Source: Bdellovibrionota bacterium (lineage in GTDB: Bacteria > Bdellovibrionota_C > UBA2361 > JBGSMV01). From it: 64,000 nucleotides of DNA. The notes beneath the pieces are model-generated. The model searched no databases, was not told where the DNA came from, and saw nothing but the letters and a program-made list of their open reading frames with translations. The translations under genes were made by a program, and so were the position numbers. Shown here piece by piece: positions 1 through 8,886 of the stretch. Position 1 is the stretch's first letter; each line of letters begins with the position of its first letter. The stretch spans positions 261,682 through 325,681 of the forward strand of contig JBGSMV010000047.1 of NCBI GenBank assembly GCA_041739995.1. The letters run 5' to 3'.

Positions 1-171
1 AAGTGTTCTCAAACAGCGTGACAGCTCTACCCTAATATCTGGACCTCAAAGCGACTTGCTTCAGTGGGTTTCCCACAGGCTAGCAGTGGCTGTCGAATAA
101 CCAAGCTAAACGGCTGATAATACCGAGCTATCTTGCGCATAGCATTGTGGAAAAACTGAGGAAAACATCCA

Positions 172-1428
172 CTAAGGTTGATAAAGCCCTGCTGAGGAGA
201 ATGTTACGACACAGCCGGCCTGCTTATGTACCGCTTGGTGATATCCGAATTCTTCGTAGTCGTAATGTTTGCCAAGGCGGTCAAGCACGTCGATAGCGGT
301 ATATAAGGTCGGAAAGCCGCAGATTCTGCGTTGGTCTTGGTCTTCGCAAATGTGCTCAAAAATGCGGCGCTTGTCCTGGGCTGCGATAGCGTTCAAGTAC
401 TGCCGGTCTCGCCCGGCCACCGCCTCAAGCCACTCGGCGTCAATTTCACGCGAGTCTCCAAACTGAGAGCCGATGTGAGCCATATCAACGCCGGCGATAA
501 TGCAGACTCGTCGTCCTTCGGATATCTCAGAAGCAATGGATTCGAAAAGAGCGCCGGCAAATGATTCATACTCGTCGTACTCGTTGGGCAGCCGTTGGTC
601 AGCGACATAGCGATGAAAGCTTCCCACCAGAATGGGACAAAACACAGCCTTGGACTGAACTGTGCGTTGAATAAATGGCAGCTGAAGTTCGAGCGAGTGC
701 TCTCGTCGATGCAGGAACTCATCTTCAAAACTTCTTGAGATTCCATAACGGTTTGCCAAGCGGTCTGAAAAATTCGTTGCGTTTGGCACGATGCCGAGCG
801 GCGTCAGGAAATCCTTGCGGGTGAGATGAAACACGTTCTTGCTATACTGATGCGAGGTACCAATCACTATGAACAGGTCGTGCGGAGCGCCTCGAAGGTG
901 TCGATATCCAGCGCCGTAGCAAGCCCCGCCGCGCTGATAGTCAATGTGCGGTGCGATCAGCCCCATCAAATTGTCGACCGTATGAGGACCGGGTGAGTTA
1001 GGTTCTGATTGCGATGGGGTTCCAAGATAGGAGTCGATTTCGTTTCCGAGCGCGAGCGGATCTGCGCTGTAGCTTAAGCCCGCGAGTGCCGCCGCTCGTT
1101 GTGACGAGGAGCTAAAGTCTTCTCGTATAGCTTGCTCGGCAGAGAAATATCGGGGAGAGGCTAAAAAGAGATGCTCGTCAAGAAGCTTGGCGAGTTGCTG
1201 AATAAGCTCTCTTTGTACCCCATGGCCACTAAACTTTTGAGCGATCTGATCTATTGAGAGCTGCCCTTCGAAGTGCGCCAGCAGGGGGGCGACGGCGGAT
1301 TTGAGAATGAGAGGCTGTGGAGAGATCCCGAGTGGGCACTGAATGACCAGCACTGGTTGGTCTTGGGACTGATCCATTCGAACGTCGATTGGCCAGCGAA
1401 GTTTGGGATAGTGCAGCGGGTCTGTCAT
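172..1428 (-). CDS. amrB: AmmeMemoRadiSam system protein B (MEMO1 family) with N-terminal extension
   Basis: APHIDY, GTSH, HRREHSLELQLPF, VDMAHIG and ICG motifs of the Memo family. Confidence 0.85.
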   Translation of the reverse strand: MTDPLHYPKLRWPIDVRMDQSQDQPVLVIQCPLGISPQPLILKSAVAPLLAHFEGQLSIDQIAQKFSGHGVQRELIQQLAKLLDEHLFLASPRYFSAEQAIREDFSSSSQRAAALAGLSYSADPLALGNEIDSYLGTPSQSEPNSPGPHTVDNLMGLIAPHIDYQRGGACYGAGYRHLRGAPHDLFIVIGTSHQYSKNVFHLTRKDFLTPLGIVPNATNFSDRLANRYGISRSFEDEFLHRREHSLELQLPFIQRTVQSKAVFCPILVGSFHRYVADQRLPNEYDEYESFAGALFESIASEISEGRRVCIIAGVDMAHIGSQFGDSREIDAEWLEAVAGRDRQYLNAIAAQDKRRIFEHICEDQDQRRICGFPTLYTAIDVLDRLGKHYDYEEFGYHQAVHKQAGCVVTFSSAGLYQP

Positions 1429-2885
1429 TTGCCAACGCAGAATTTTGAAAAAATGCGCCCAAGAATGTCCTCTGAATAGGTGCGTCCTACCACTTCATCC
1501 AGGGCGCGAAGTGACCGCCGCACATCCTCAGAAATAATCTCCAGCGGAGAAGAGTCCGCTAGGTGCGAAAGTGCAGCAGATACCCAGTCGAGCGATTGCT
1601 CGATGCAGTTTCTTTGCCGCTCGTTGGTGACTACGTTATTAGCATGCGAAGTGTCGGGAAGACTGGATTTGACTTCTTCAACCAAGGCAGCGGTCAGTGC
1701 CTCAAGGCCCGACGATGTCTTTACCGAGACGTAGAAATTCTGGGCGCATACGGCTGAATCGCAAAGCACCTGCCCGATCGCGGCGGAGTTGAGATCGATT
1801 TTATTTACTACCATCCACACTTTTGCTCCGCGTGAGCGAATCTCTTCGGAGAGCGCCCTCCAGTCTTGATCTTGGCTAGCTGCATCAACGACCAGCAGTA
1901 CAATGTCGGCCCAGCCAATGCGTTCTCGGGCAAGCTCTATTCCCTTCTGTTCTACCGCATCTGTGGAGTTCCGAATCCCCGCTGAGTCACAAAAGACAAA
2001 GCGATAGCCGCCAATCATCATTTGCTCCTCAATCAAGTCACGGGTGGTTCCTGGCTGGGGGGTAACGATGGCGCGGTCTGACTTGAGAAGTTTATTGAGC
2101 AGGCTCGATTTTCCGACGTTGGCCTGACCACAAAGGAGAACACGGAATCCTTCACGCACCACGTGACCATAGGAGTAAGTTCGCAGTAGCTCGCCAAGAG
2201 AATCTTGAACTACTTTGAGGTGAGAGATCAGAGTGGTACGAGTGTCAGGTGAAATTCCTTCGTCTGGAAAATCTACACTAGCTTCGAGCTCAGCCAGGGT
2301 GTTGCGAAGTGGTTCTGCAAGCTCGTCCAGAGCGCTGCTAAATCTTCCCTTAAGATGATCGCCCGCAATCTTTAGCGCTTGCTCGCTGGTGGCACCAATC
2401 AGCTCTGCAATGGCCTCAGCTTGTACTAAGTCCATTTTTCCATTCAAGAACGCACGCAAGGTGAATTCTCCTGGTTCCGCTGGGCTGATGCCGAAGGCAA
2501 AAAGAGAGCGAAGTATTTTTTGAACTAATAGAGGGCTGCCGTGAAACTGAAACTCGGCAACGTCTTCCCCGGTAAAGCTATGTGGTCCCGGCATGAAGAC
2601 GGCAAGCGCGTGATCGATGACCTGCTCAGTTTTAAAGTCGATCAGGTCGCCAAAGACTAGAGTTCGCTCTAACGAAATCGGATCTTTTTTGCTGTGAAAC
2701 AACGACTTGAGTGCGGTTTTTGTTTTTGGTCCGCTGATGCGAATGACGGCCAGGCCTGACGGGTAAGGCGCGGTGGCGAGGGCTCCGATAGTCTGAGCTT
2801 TGCTGGTCGACGCGACAGGGGCTCCTGAGGCCTCTCCCTTTGCTGTGGACGACTTAGATGATGCGGGAGATCGAGTAGCCTTCAT
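1425..2885 (-). CDS. mnmE: tRNA modification GTPase MnmE/TrmE
   Basis: TIGALAT, IRISG, SFTGED, GQANVGKSS, GTTRD, DSAG, NKID and C-terminal FSKFCVGK. Confidence 0.97.
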   Translation of the reverse strand: MKATRSPASSKSSTAKGEASGAPVASTSKAQTIGALATAPYPSGLAVIRISGPKTKTALKSLFHSKKDPISLERTLVFGDLIDFKTEQVIDHALAVFMPGPHSFTGEDVAEFQFHGSPLLVQKILRSLFAFGISPAEPGEFTLRAFLNGKMDLVQAEAIAELIGATSEQALKIAGDHLKGRFSSALDELAEPLRNTLAELEASVDFPDEGISPDTRTTLISHLKVVQDSLGELLRTYSYGHVVREGFRVLLCGQANVGKSSLLNKLLKSDRAIVTPQPGTTRDLIEEQMMIGGYRFVFCDSAGIRNSTDAVEQKGIELARERIGWADIVLLVVDAASQDQDWRALSEEIRSRGAKVWMVVNKIDLNSAAIGQVLCDSAVCAQNFYVSVKTSSGLEALTAALVEEVKSSLPDTSHANNVVTNERQRNCIEQSLDWVSAALSHLADSSPLEIISEDVRRSLRALDEVVGRTYSEDILGRIFSKFCVGK

Positions 2886-2934
2886 GAGTGCCGGGAATCC
2901 TACCCTACATTATGATTTTCGCCACAGGTCGAAC

Positions 2935-3116
2935 CTAGGAGCCTGTCACGCAGGCACAGACGACGTCCCGCCGACTTGTTCCCCGAAGCTTTCCTATCCT
3001 CCGTAGCCCTCGCGAGCGAGGAAGCAAAGGGGGAAGCCTCCTCGAATTACGCAGCAACACAGGAACATGTGGGCAAAGGCGGACCCCATAAACAGGTCTG
3101 CGTTAAAGACTCCTAG
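2935..3116. mobile_element. MITE-like element, family C, copy 1
   Basis: Ends CTAGGAGCCTGTCACGCAG and CTGCGTTAAAGACTCCTAG are a 16/19 inverted match; homologous inverted copy at 42494-42649. Confidence 0.7.
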
Positions 3117-3207
3117 GTAGACGTCTCGTAAACGAGGCACCTGCGACCACCAAGACCGCACAGTTGGGATGCTCAAAAGCCCCGACAAGAACCTAACGAA
3201 AAACTCA

Positions 3208-4986
3208 TTAAATGAGCGTGAGTACGTACGCGACCCCAAATATTGCCACGCTTGCGAACGCGGTCGCGCGCCCAGGATTCGCGTGAGTGTCGTTCCTCAA
3301 GTAGGCCTGCTGGATAAGCGAAATTGATGTGTTGGTAAGCATATAAAGCGCGAGTCCAGACGGAAACGGGAAAATTAAAAAGCTTATTGGAAAGACGGCT
3401 GACAGCCAAAGCCTCATTTTCTTCTGGGCCGGGTCAACAGAAGGCATTGGGGTTGTCCACTGCTGGAAAAACATCGCAGCACCCATAAGCAAAATCATAA
3501 CGGGAATGTTGATGCCCACGAAGGTAAGGCTTTCGGGCACAGAGAGGTCAGTTACCCAGAGCGCGAATGGCGCGTGACGAAGTTCAAGTGCATGCAGCAA
3601 GGCGCTGTAGAGTCCAAAGAACACGGGAATCTGAAGTAAGATCGGCAGACATCCGCCCAGAGGGTTCACGCCCTTGCGCTTGTAAAGCTGCATGAGTTCT
3701 TGATTGAGTTGTGTCGGATCCTTAATACGTTCGCGCAGAGCCTTCATTTCAGGTTGCAGCTCTTGCATCGACTTCATCGAGCGCAGACTGGCGCGCGTAA
3801 GCGGAAAGAACAGCCCTTTAATGAGGAGAGTCAGCCCTACAATGGCGAGACCGTAGTTTCCAAAAACCGAGTGAAAGAGTTTTATGAGAATAAGCAACGG
3901 ATAGGCAAGAAAGGAGAAGAATCCTAGGTCCACGGTTCTTTCCATCTCGCTGCCCGCGTCTTGCAGCACCTCGTAGTCCTTCGGTCCCGTAAACACGGTG
4001 AAGTCCCCGCCACTGGGACTCCCAGAAACACGGTGTAAAAACTGCGGTCCAATGCGCCCATATCGAGCGTTCAGCCCACGAGTTTCTGGAAGCAAGATTG
4101 CTGCGAAATACTTATCTGACAGAGCAAGCCACTGTGCCGCACTCGGCTGACTAAGGCCGTCGAGCGTGAGTGAATGCAGCGTAATGTTTTCTATTTTGCT
4201 GGCCTCTGAGAAGAGTGTGAAGTGCCAAGGATCAATGGGGTCCTCGGCAATAGCTTTTGGAAGAAATCGCGACCATTCAAGCCAGACCTTTGTGCCGTCT
4301 TCGGCTGGGCTATCAAGCGCGACGGTGATGTTCAGAAGGTACGTGTCAGCGTGAAATCGAATAGTCTTAGAAATTGTCGATTCGTCGGGAAGGGTGCCGC
4401 GTAGCGTAATGTTGATCTCTTTGCCGGGCTCTACATGGAGTTCGCCTCGATTGTTACTGGCGCCAGCCGGTTCAATGTTTGCGATTTGATACTCGGTCCG
4501 AAGATCGCTTCTTTGTCCTGAGTATACGCCGAGAGGGAGTACTCCACCTTCAGCGGAGCTGACGAGATCGAGCAGGTCGTCTCCCGCGAAGACTGCTTTG
4601 TGATTTTTTAGCCTTAAGCTGGTGAGTCGTCCGCCAAGATGGGTGAGTGATGCGATGTAGAGCGGAGTTTCGATGGTGGTGACCCCAGCTGCGGCAAGTT
4701 CGGCTGGAGTCGGTGGTAGCTCGGTTTTAGGAGCGGAGGTAATGCCAGCGGTGTTTCCTATGGGCGCAGGGGCGATATTCTGTGATGCGCTAAGGGTAGT
4801 GCTGGTTTTAGGCAATGTTGCGGAGTTTATAGGTTCCGACTTAGGAGCGGCCTCGCGCGATGCCGAAGTTTCAGTGCTCGAAGAAGTAGCGCCTGGGCGC
4901 ATCGACGGTGCGAGTACCGTCTCCGAGTACAGCATCACGATCATGATGATCAGGAGAATGGCGATTGCGGTGCGTTTGTCTTCCAT
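3208..4986 (-). CDS. yidC: Membrane protein insertase YidC
   Basis: N-terminal TM, periplasmic domain, GPK, VDLGFF, GNYGLAI, NPLGGCLPILLQIPVF, DLSVP; position after yidD. Confidence 0.96.
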   Translation of the reverse strand: MEDKRTAIAILLIIMIVMLYSETVLAPSMRPGATSSSTETSASREAAPKSEPINSATLPKTSTTLSASQNIAPAPIGNTAGITSAPKTELPPTPAELAAAGVTTIETPLYIASLTHLGGRLTSLRLKNHKAVFAGDDLLDLVSSAEGGVLPLGVYSGQRSDLRTEYQIANIEPAGASNNRGELHVEPGKEINITLRGTLPDESTISKTIRFHADTYLLNITVALDSPAEDGTKVWLEWSRFLPKAIAEDPIDPWHFTLFSEASKIENITLHSLTLDGLSQPSAAQWLALSDKYFAAILLPETRGLNARYGRIGPQFLHRVSGSPSGGDFTVFTGPKDYEVLQDAGSEMERTVDLGFFSFLAYPLLILIKLFHSVFGNYGLAIVGLTLLIKGLFFPLTRASLRSMKSMQELQPEMKALRERIKDPTQLNQELMQLYKRKGVNPLGGCLPILLQIPVFFGLYSALLHALELRHAPFALWVTDLSVPESLTFVGINIPVMILLMGAAMFFQQWTTPMPSVDPAQKKMRLWLSAVFPISFLIFPFPSGLALYMLTNTSISLIQQAYLRNDTHANPGRATAFASVAIFGVAYVLTLI

Positions 4987-5020
4987 GAAGTAATTTCCAA
5001 GTCGATCAGCTGAAATACGA

Positions 5021-5530
5021 TTAGTTAAATGAATGAGTAGTTGTGGCGCCTAAAGATCTCGAGTGCTGCCCGTGGTTGCCGTGAAACGCGGAATGCTCAA
5101 CATGATACTTTGTTAAACAAGCGCTGTGCTTTGCTGAGCAAGGCTCAGCGGCCGAGTTTCTTGAAGGGGGAACAGGATCTAGCCCCCACTCGCACAGCGG
5201 ATTGCAGCGAGCTATCCGTAGGGCGCTGAGCAACAGCCCGCGAGTAACGCCGTGCACCTCGCAGGCTTCTACGCAGTACTGGCTGCAGCTTGGCTCAAAG
5301 CGACAGCAGTTCCCAAAAAAAGGAGAGAGTAAAAGTTTGTATAAGCGTTGAGTGCTCTTCAAGAGAAATAGAGTTAGCTGGTGGATCGCAGACTTTTCTG
5401 GCGGCGAGGCCTGTCTGTTCAAGAGCTGTGGTGAAGAGTGACGCCTAAACACAGTGATCACTAAATAAGCAGAAAAATAATGAGCAAAAAAAAATGAGCA
5501 GAGTCGACATCTGCACCATTCAAACTTCAA
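5021..5530 (-). CDS. yidD: Membrane protein insertion efficiency factor YidD (true start probably downstream of the ORF start)
   Basis: CRFEPSCSQY...HG...RIARCNP...GLDPVP; synteny rnpA-yidD-yidC. Confidence 0.9.
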   Translation of the reverse strand: MKFEWCRCRLCSFFFAHYFSAYLVITVFRRHSSPQLLNRQASPPEKSAIHQLTLFLLKSTQRLYKLLLSPFFGNCCRFEPSCSQYCVEACEVHGVTRGLLLSALRIARCNPLCEWGLDPVPPSRNSAAEPCSAKHSACLTKYHVEHSAFHGNHGQHSRSLGATTTHSFN

Positions 5531-5899
5531 CTATTGAGACGCTGGTTTTATGATTCCTCCGCGCTCCATAGCGCTGAACAGTTCTTCTCGTATCTGATTG
5601 AACTGACAGGACAAAGCATCTTTGCGTGCGATGATAAGGATGTCAAAGCTTCCAGCGAACTGATGTCTCGTCAGTCGAAAGAAGTCTTTGAGGCGACGGC
5701 GTAGCAGGTTTCTCCGAGCGGCGCTTGGCTCCAGCTTCTTTGTTACTGCGACCGCGAGGCGCGAGGCTTCCGAGGGCGAGCGGTCGAGGACGATTAGAAA
5801 GTGAGGGGCATACAGTTTTCGACCGCGCGTCTTCAGTCGAGCAAAATCTTTCTTGTTTCTAAGGCGCGCGTCCTTACCAAAGCCGTATGTTGGAATCAC
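5531..5899 (-). CDS. rnpA: Ribonuclease P protein component
   Basis: RLRNKKDF, RLAVAVTKK, AARRNLLRRRLK (RNR motif); synteny. Confidence 0.93.
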   Translation of the reverse strand: MIPTYGFGKDARLRNKKDFARLKTRGRKLYAPHFLIVLDRSPSEASRLAVAVTKKLEPSAARRNLLRRRLKDFFRLTRHQFAGSFDILIIARKDALSCQFNQIREELFSAMERGGIIKPASQ

Positions 5900-6080
5900 T
5901 GCAGGTGCTTCCTGGCGTCGAATGTTTAGAGGCAGTCAAAACTTGGAGTCGAACCCGTTCGTGGGGTTGACCGCAGAATATACCAAGCTGCTCTGTTTTG
6001 GGCCGGGCATGTTGACCCGAACTCCGTGGCTTTAACTAAATCAATTCTGCTTGAAATTTCTTCTCAAAGTTAAGGCAGCT

Positions 6081-6248
6081 TTAATTGGTTCTGTAATGGC
6101 CCTTACGCGGAGAGGACACTGATATTGCGTGTCTGCCCTTGCGTCGACGTGCCGACAACACCTTTTGGCCGCCTTTTTTGAGCATGCGCTTTCTAAAGCC
6201 ATGAGTAGAGTGACGAGACTTCTTGCTGGGTTGGTATGTACGCTTCAT
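6081..6248 (-). CDS. rpmH: 50S ribosomal protein L34
   Basis: MKRTYQPS...HGFRKRM...[13 protein letters not shown]; start reset to ATG at 6248. Confidence 0.96.
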   Translation of the reverse strand: MKRTYQPSKKSRHSTHGFRKRMLKKGGQKVLSARRRKGRHAISVSSPRKGHYRTN

Positions 6249-6665
6249 AAACTTCTCTACTGCACTCGCTTTCCACGCGTCTATCGAAGAGCAAATCAAA
6301 AAGAAGGCTGATAACTAAAAATCAACCATTCTGCGCGGGGTCTCCGCTTTTGAATGTAACAGTTCCGCCCCTTGGGCAGTTCGCTGTTCGCTGCAGTTCG
6401 CTATTATCACGGCTGATTTCGAGGGGAGTCGCAAACCTCGAATCTACTTTGTAAGCGTGGTCTTATACGCAATTGGGGGCATACAAATCAAACCTCCAGG
6501 AGCTCATTCCTCCAAATTGCTAGGTTTTGAGGGGCGTTCCACGGTGCTCTATGTTCTCAAGTAAGATGTCGAAGCTGGTCTAACACATTGAATTTGCTAA
6601 ATTTATCGTCGAAATGGAGGATTTGCCTCAAAATTCATTGTTACTGAGCCTCTTCCTCCCGCTGG

Positions 6666-7793
6666 ATGTGCATAATCTGGGGTATGCCACCACCTGAACA
6701 GACTCCAGAACGGAAGCCCTCAGACGACTGCGGGCCGCTTCAAATGCCGGAGACAGCGCGAGCTCGAACTCAATTTTTGGGAAGTGCTAATGATTCTGCC
6801 CAGCTCTCGAAGAGAATTCGCGAGGAGCTAGGGACTGACGGCTTCACTCCCAGCCTGTCTCAGATAGCCCATATTCGAGATCACCTTGTTTCCGTAGTTA
6901 CTGACGCGTTCGAACTCAAGGTAGGGCAAGAGTCTACATTAGATAGTCCCCTGCTTTGTATCGGTAACACTTACTGTCCGACCTATCTTGAGAAGGAAAA
7001 GGAGCGGGGGTTTCTTCACGACTACGGATGTGAAGTTTCTTGGGACTTGGACGTAAGTGACTTCGTCGTTCAGTTCGTAACAAAAACCAGAGAGCTGGTG
7101 ACTGAGGGGCGCGACCTTGAGGAATCGGCCCAGGTTGCGCTTATTCATATAGCAAGAGACGCCGCCGACTCTCATTTGACGTCGCTTAGTCCTACAGGAG
7201 AGGGGCGCTGGATGACATTTAAGGATGCGATCGATGAGTTAAGGGCGAGAGTTCCCATCGAAGAAAAGGATTTTTCTGGCCGCATAAGCGTCCTGAAGAA
7301 CTTCGGGAAAGTCTCATCCGATTGTCAGAATGCTCTCTGTGAGGACTCTCTATCTGAAATGCGCAGAGTGCACCTCGTTGATCACTCTGCCAGGATGCAC
7401 CAGACGATTGAGATTTTCAGTCTCGCAAGGGCTAAGTCTCTTGCAGAGAGTTCGACAACTCCTACCCGGGACCTCTACAAAATGGCGAGAGACCAAGGAG
7501 ATCTTGCAACGCCTGAGTTTACCCAGCAGCTCGCAATATCGACTGTCTATGAATCCATTGCTTCGAGACGAAATTGGGGCCTGCCAGAGGCGGAGTCGGT
7601 GACTGAACAGATCCAGCTTGCCTGCGAGCGTTCAGAAGAACTAATTAAAGAGCACACCAAGCGTTTTGAGAGTGTGAAAGACTCCGCTGCCCAGGTCCGT
7701 GCCAATCAGCGGGACTATGTCGCTTACGCCACCGCAATGCGCGACGCTGTTGTGCAGCACAAGCCGTTCCTGCTGGAGTATTTTAACTCGTAA
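6666..7793 (+). CDS. Hypothetical protein (probable start ATG 6684)
   Basis: 375-codon ORF filling the gap between rpmH and rfaD; no recognisable motif. Confidence 0.6.
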   Translation: MCIIWGMPPPEQTPERKPSDDCGPLQMPETARARTQFLGSANDSAQLSKRIREELGTDGFTPSLSQIAHIRDHLVSVVTDAFELKVGQESTLDSPLLCIGNTYCPTYLEKEKERGFLHDYGCEVSWDLDVSDFVVQFVTKTRELVTEGRDLEESAQVALIHIARDAADSHLTSLSPTGEGRWMTFKDAIDELRARVPIEEKDFSGRISVLKNFGKVSSDCQNALCEDSLSEMRRVHLVDHSARMHQTIEIFSLARAKSLAESSTTPTRDLYKMARDQGDLATPEFTQQLAISTVYESIASRRNWGLPEAESVTEQIQLACERSEELIKEHTKRFESVKDSAAQVRANQRDYVAYATAMRDAVVQHKPFLLEYFNS

Positions 7794-7837
7794 AATTCAA
7801 CCCAGATGAGGCTTAGGGACTAAACGAAGGCGTCATC

Positions 7838-8800
7838 CTAGCAACTCGAAGTTTCAAGGTGCTTGGTCACATAGTCACGTACGGAATCTTCGAGCGAACT
7901 AAACGGCTCGGCGTAACCAGCAGCGCGCAGATGATCGAGAGAGGCTTCAGTGAAGTACTGGTACTGACCCCTTAAGTGTTCAGGCATCTCAATGTATCGA
8001 ATGCGAGCAGGAAGTTTGAGGGCAGAGTACACTGAGTTAACCAGATCATTCCACGAGCGGGCTTTCCCGCTTCCTACATTAAACAATCCTGTGACCGAGT
8101 GATTCTCAAGCAGCCACCACATTAACTTGCAGCAATCCTTAACGTAGACGAAGTCGCGTTTCTGTTCGCCATCGGCAAACTCAGGGCGATACGACTTGAA
8201 GAGTTGCACTTCCCCACTGGTCTTAATTTGTTGCCATGACTTTAGAACAACACTCGACATGTCGCCCTTGAACGATTCGCCGGGACCAAAAACATTGAAA
8301 AACTTTAAGCCAACTGCTTTAGGTGAGAACGCGCGGCTTTGCATCCACTGGTCGAAGGCATGTTTGGAAAATCCGTAAGGATTGAGCGGATGGAGAGATT
8401 CGAGGTTTGCCTTATCTGAATACCCGTTCTCGCCCGCGCCATATGTGGCCGCACTACTCGCATATACAAGTCGCACATCGTGACGTTCGCAATACTCGGC
8501 GACCGCACAGGAATATCGAAAGTTATTCCGCATCAGAAAGTCCGCATCCATCTCGGTGGTTGAAGAGCAAGCGCCCATGTGCACTATCGCGCTGGGTGTT
8601 TTGGTGAGGCGGTCGCTTTGAATGAGCTCAAGGAACTCATCACGGTGCATGTAGTCACTAAAGCTCTTGCCGGTAAGGTTTTTCCAACGACCAGAGCGCT
8701 CAAGTACGTCCACCACTAGGATCTCTTTGATGCCCTTGGAATTGAGAAAGGAAACGAAGGCGCTGCCAATAAAACCCGCGCCTCCAGTAACGATGTACAT
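7838..8800 (-). CDS. rfaD: ADP-L-glycero-D-manno-heptose 6-epimerase
   Basis: MYIVTGGAGFIGS, HMGACSSTTE, YASSAATYG, PLNPYGFSK, QYQYFTEA; GGAGGA RBS before ATG 8800. Confidence 0.93.
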   Translation of the reverse strand: MYIVTGGAGFIGSAFVSFLNSKGIKEILVVDVLERSGRWKNLTGKSFSDYMHRDEFLELIQSDRLTKTPSAIVHMGACSSTTEMDADFLMRNNFRYSCAVAEYCERHDVRLVYASSAATYGAGENGYSDKANLESLHPLNPYGFSKHAFDQWMQSRAFSPKAVGLKFFNVFGPGESFKGDMSSVVLKSWQQIKTSGEVQLFKSYRPEFADGEQKRDFVYVKDCCKLMWWLLENHSVTGLFNVGSGKARSWNDLVNSVYSALKLPARIRYIEMPEHLRGQYQYFTEASLDHLRAAGYAEPFSSLEDSVRDYVTKHLETSSC

Positions 8801-8886
8801 CAATCCTCCAATAGAATTTCCAACAAGAAATACCGCCACGCGATAATAGCGAGCGAGAGACTCTCAGGAAACCTTTTCCGCCAGAC

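Noticed and set aside
2994..3239. Short ORFs in repeat regions (also 42327-42560, 56051-56266)
   Set aside because: They run through MITE-like DNA and have no recognisable protein motif.
6300..6480. ncRNA upstream of rpmH
   Set aside because: Small hairpins and a short GTTCGCT repeat, but no recognisable tRNA, SRP, 6S, tmRNA or RNase P RNA signature.
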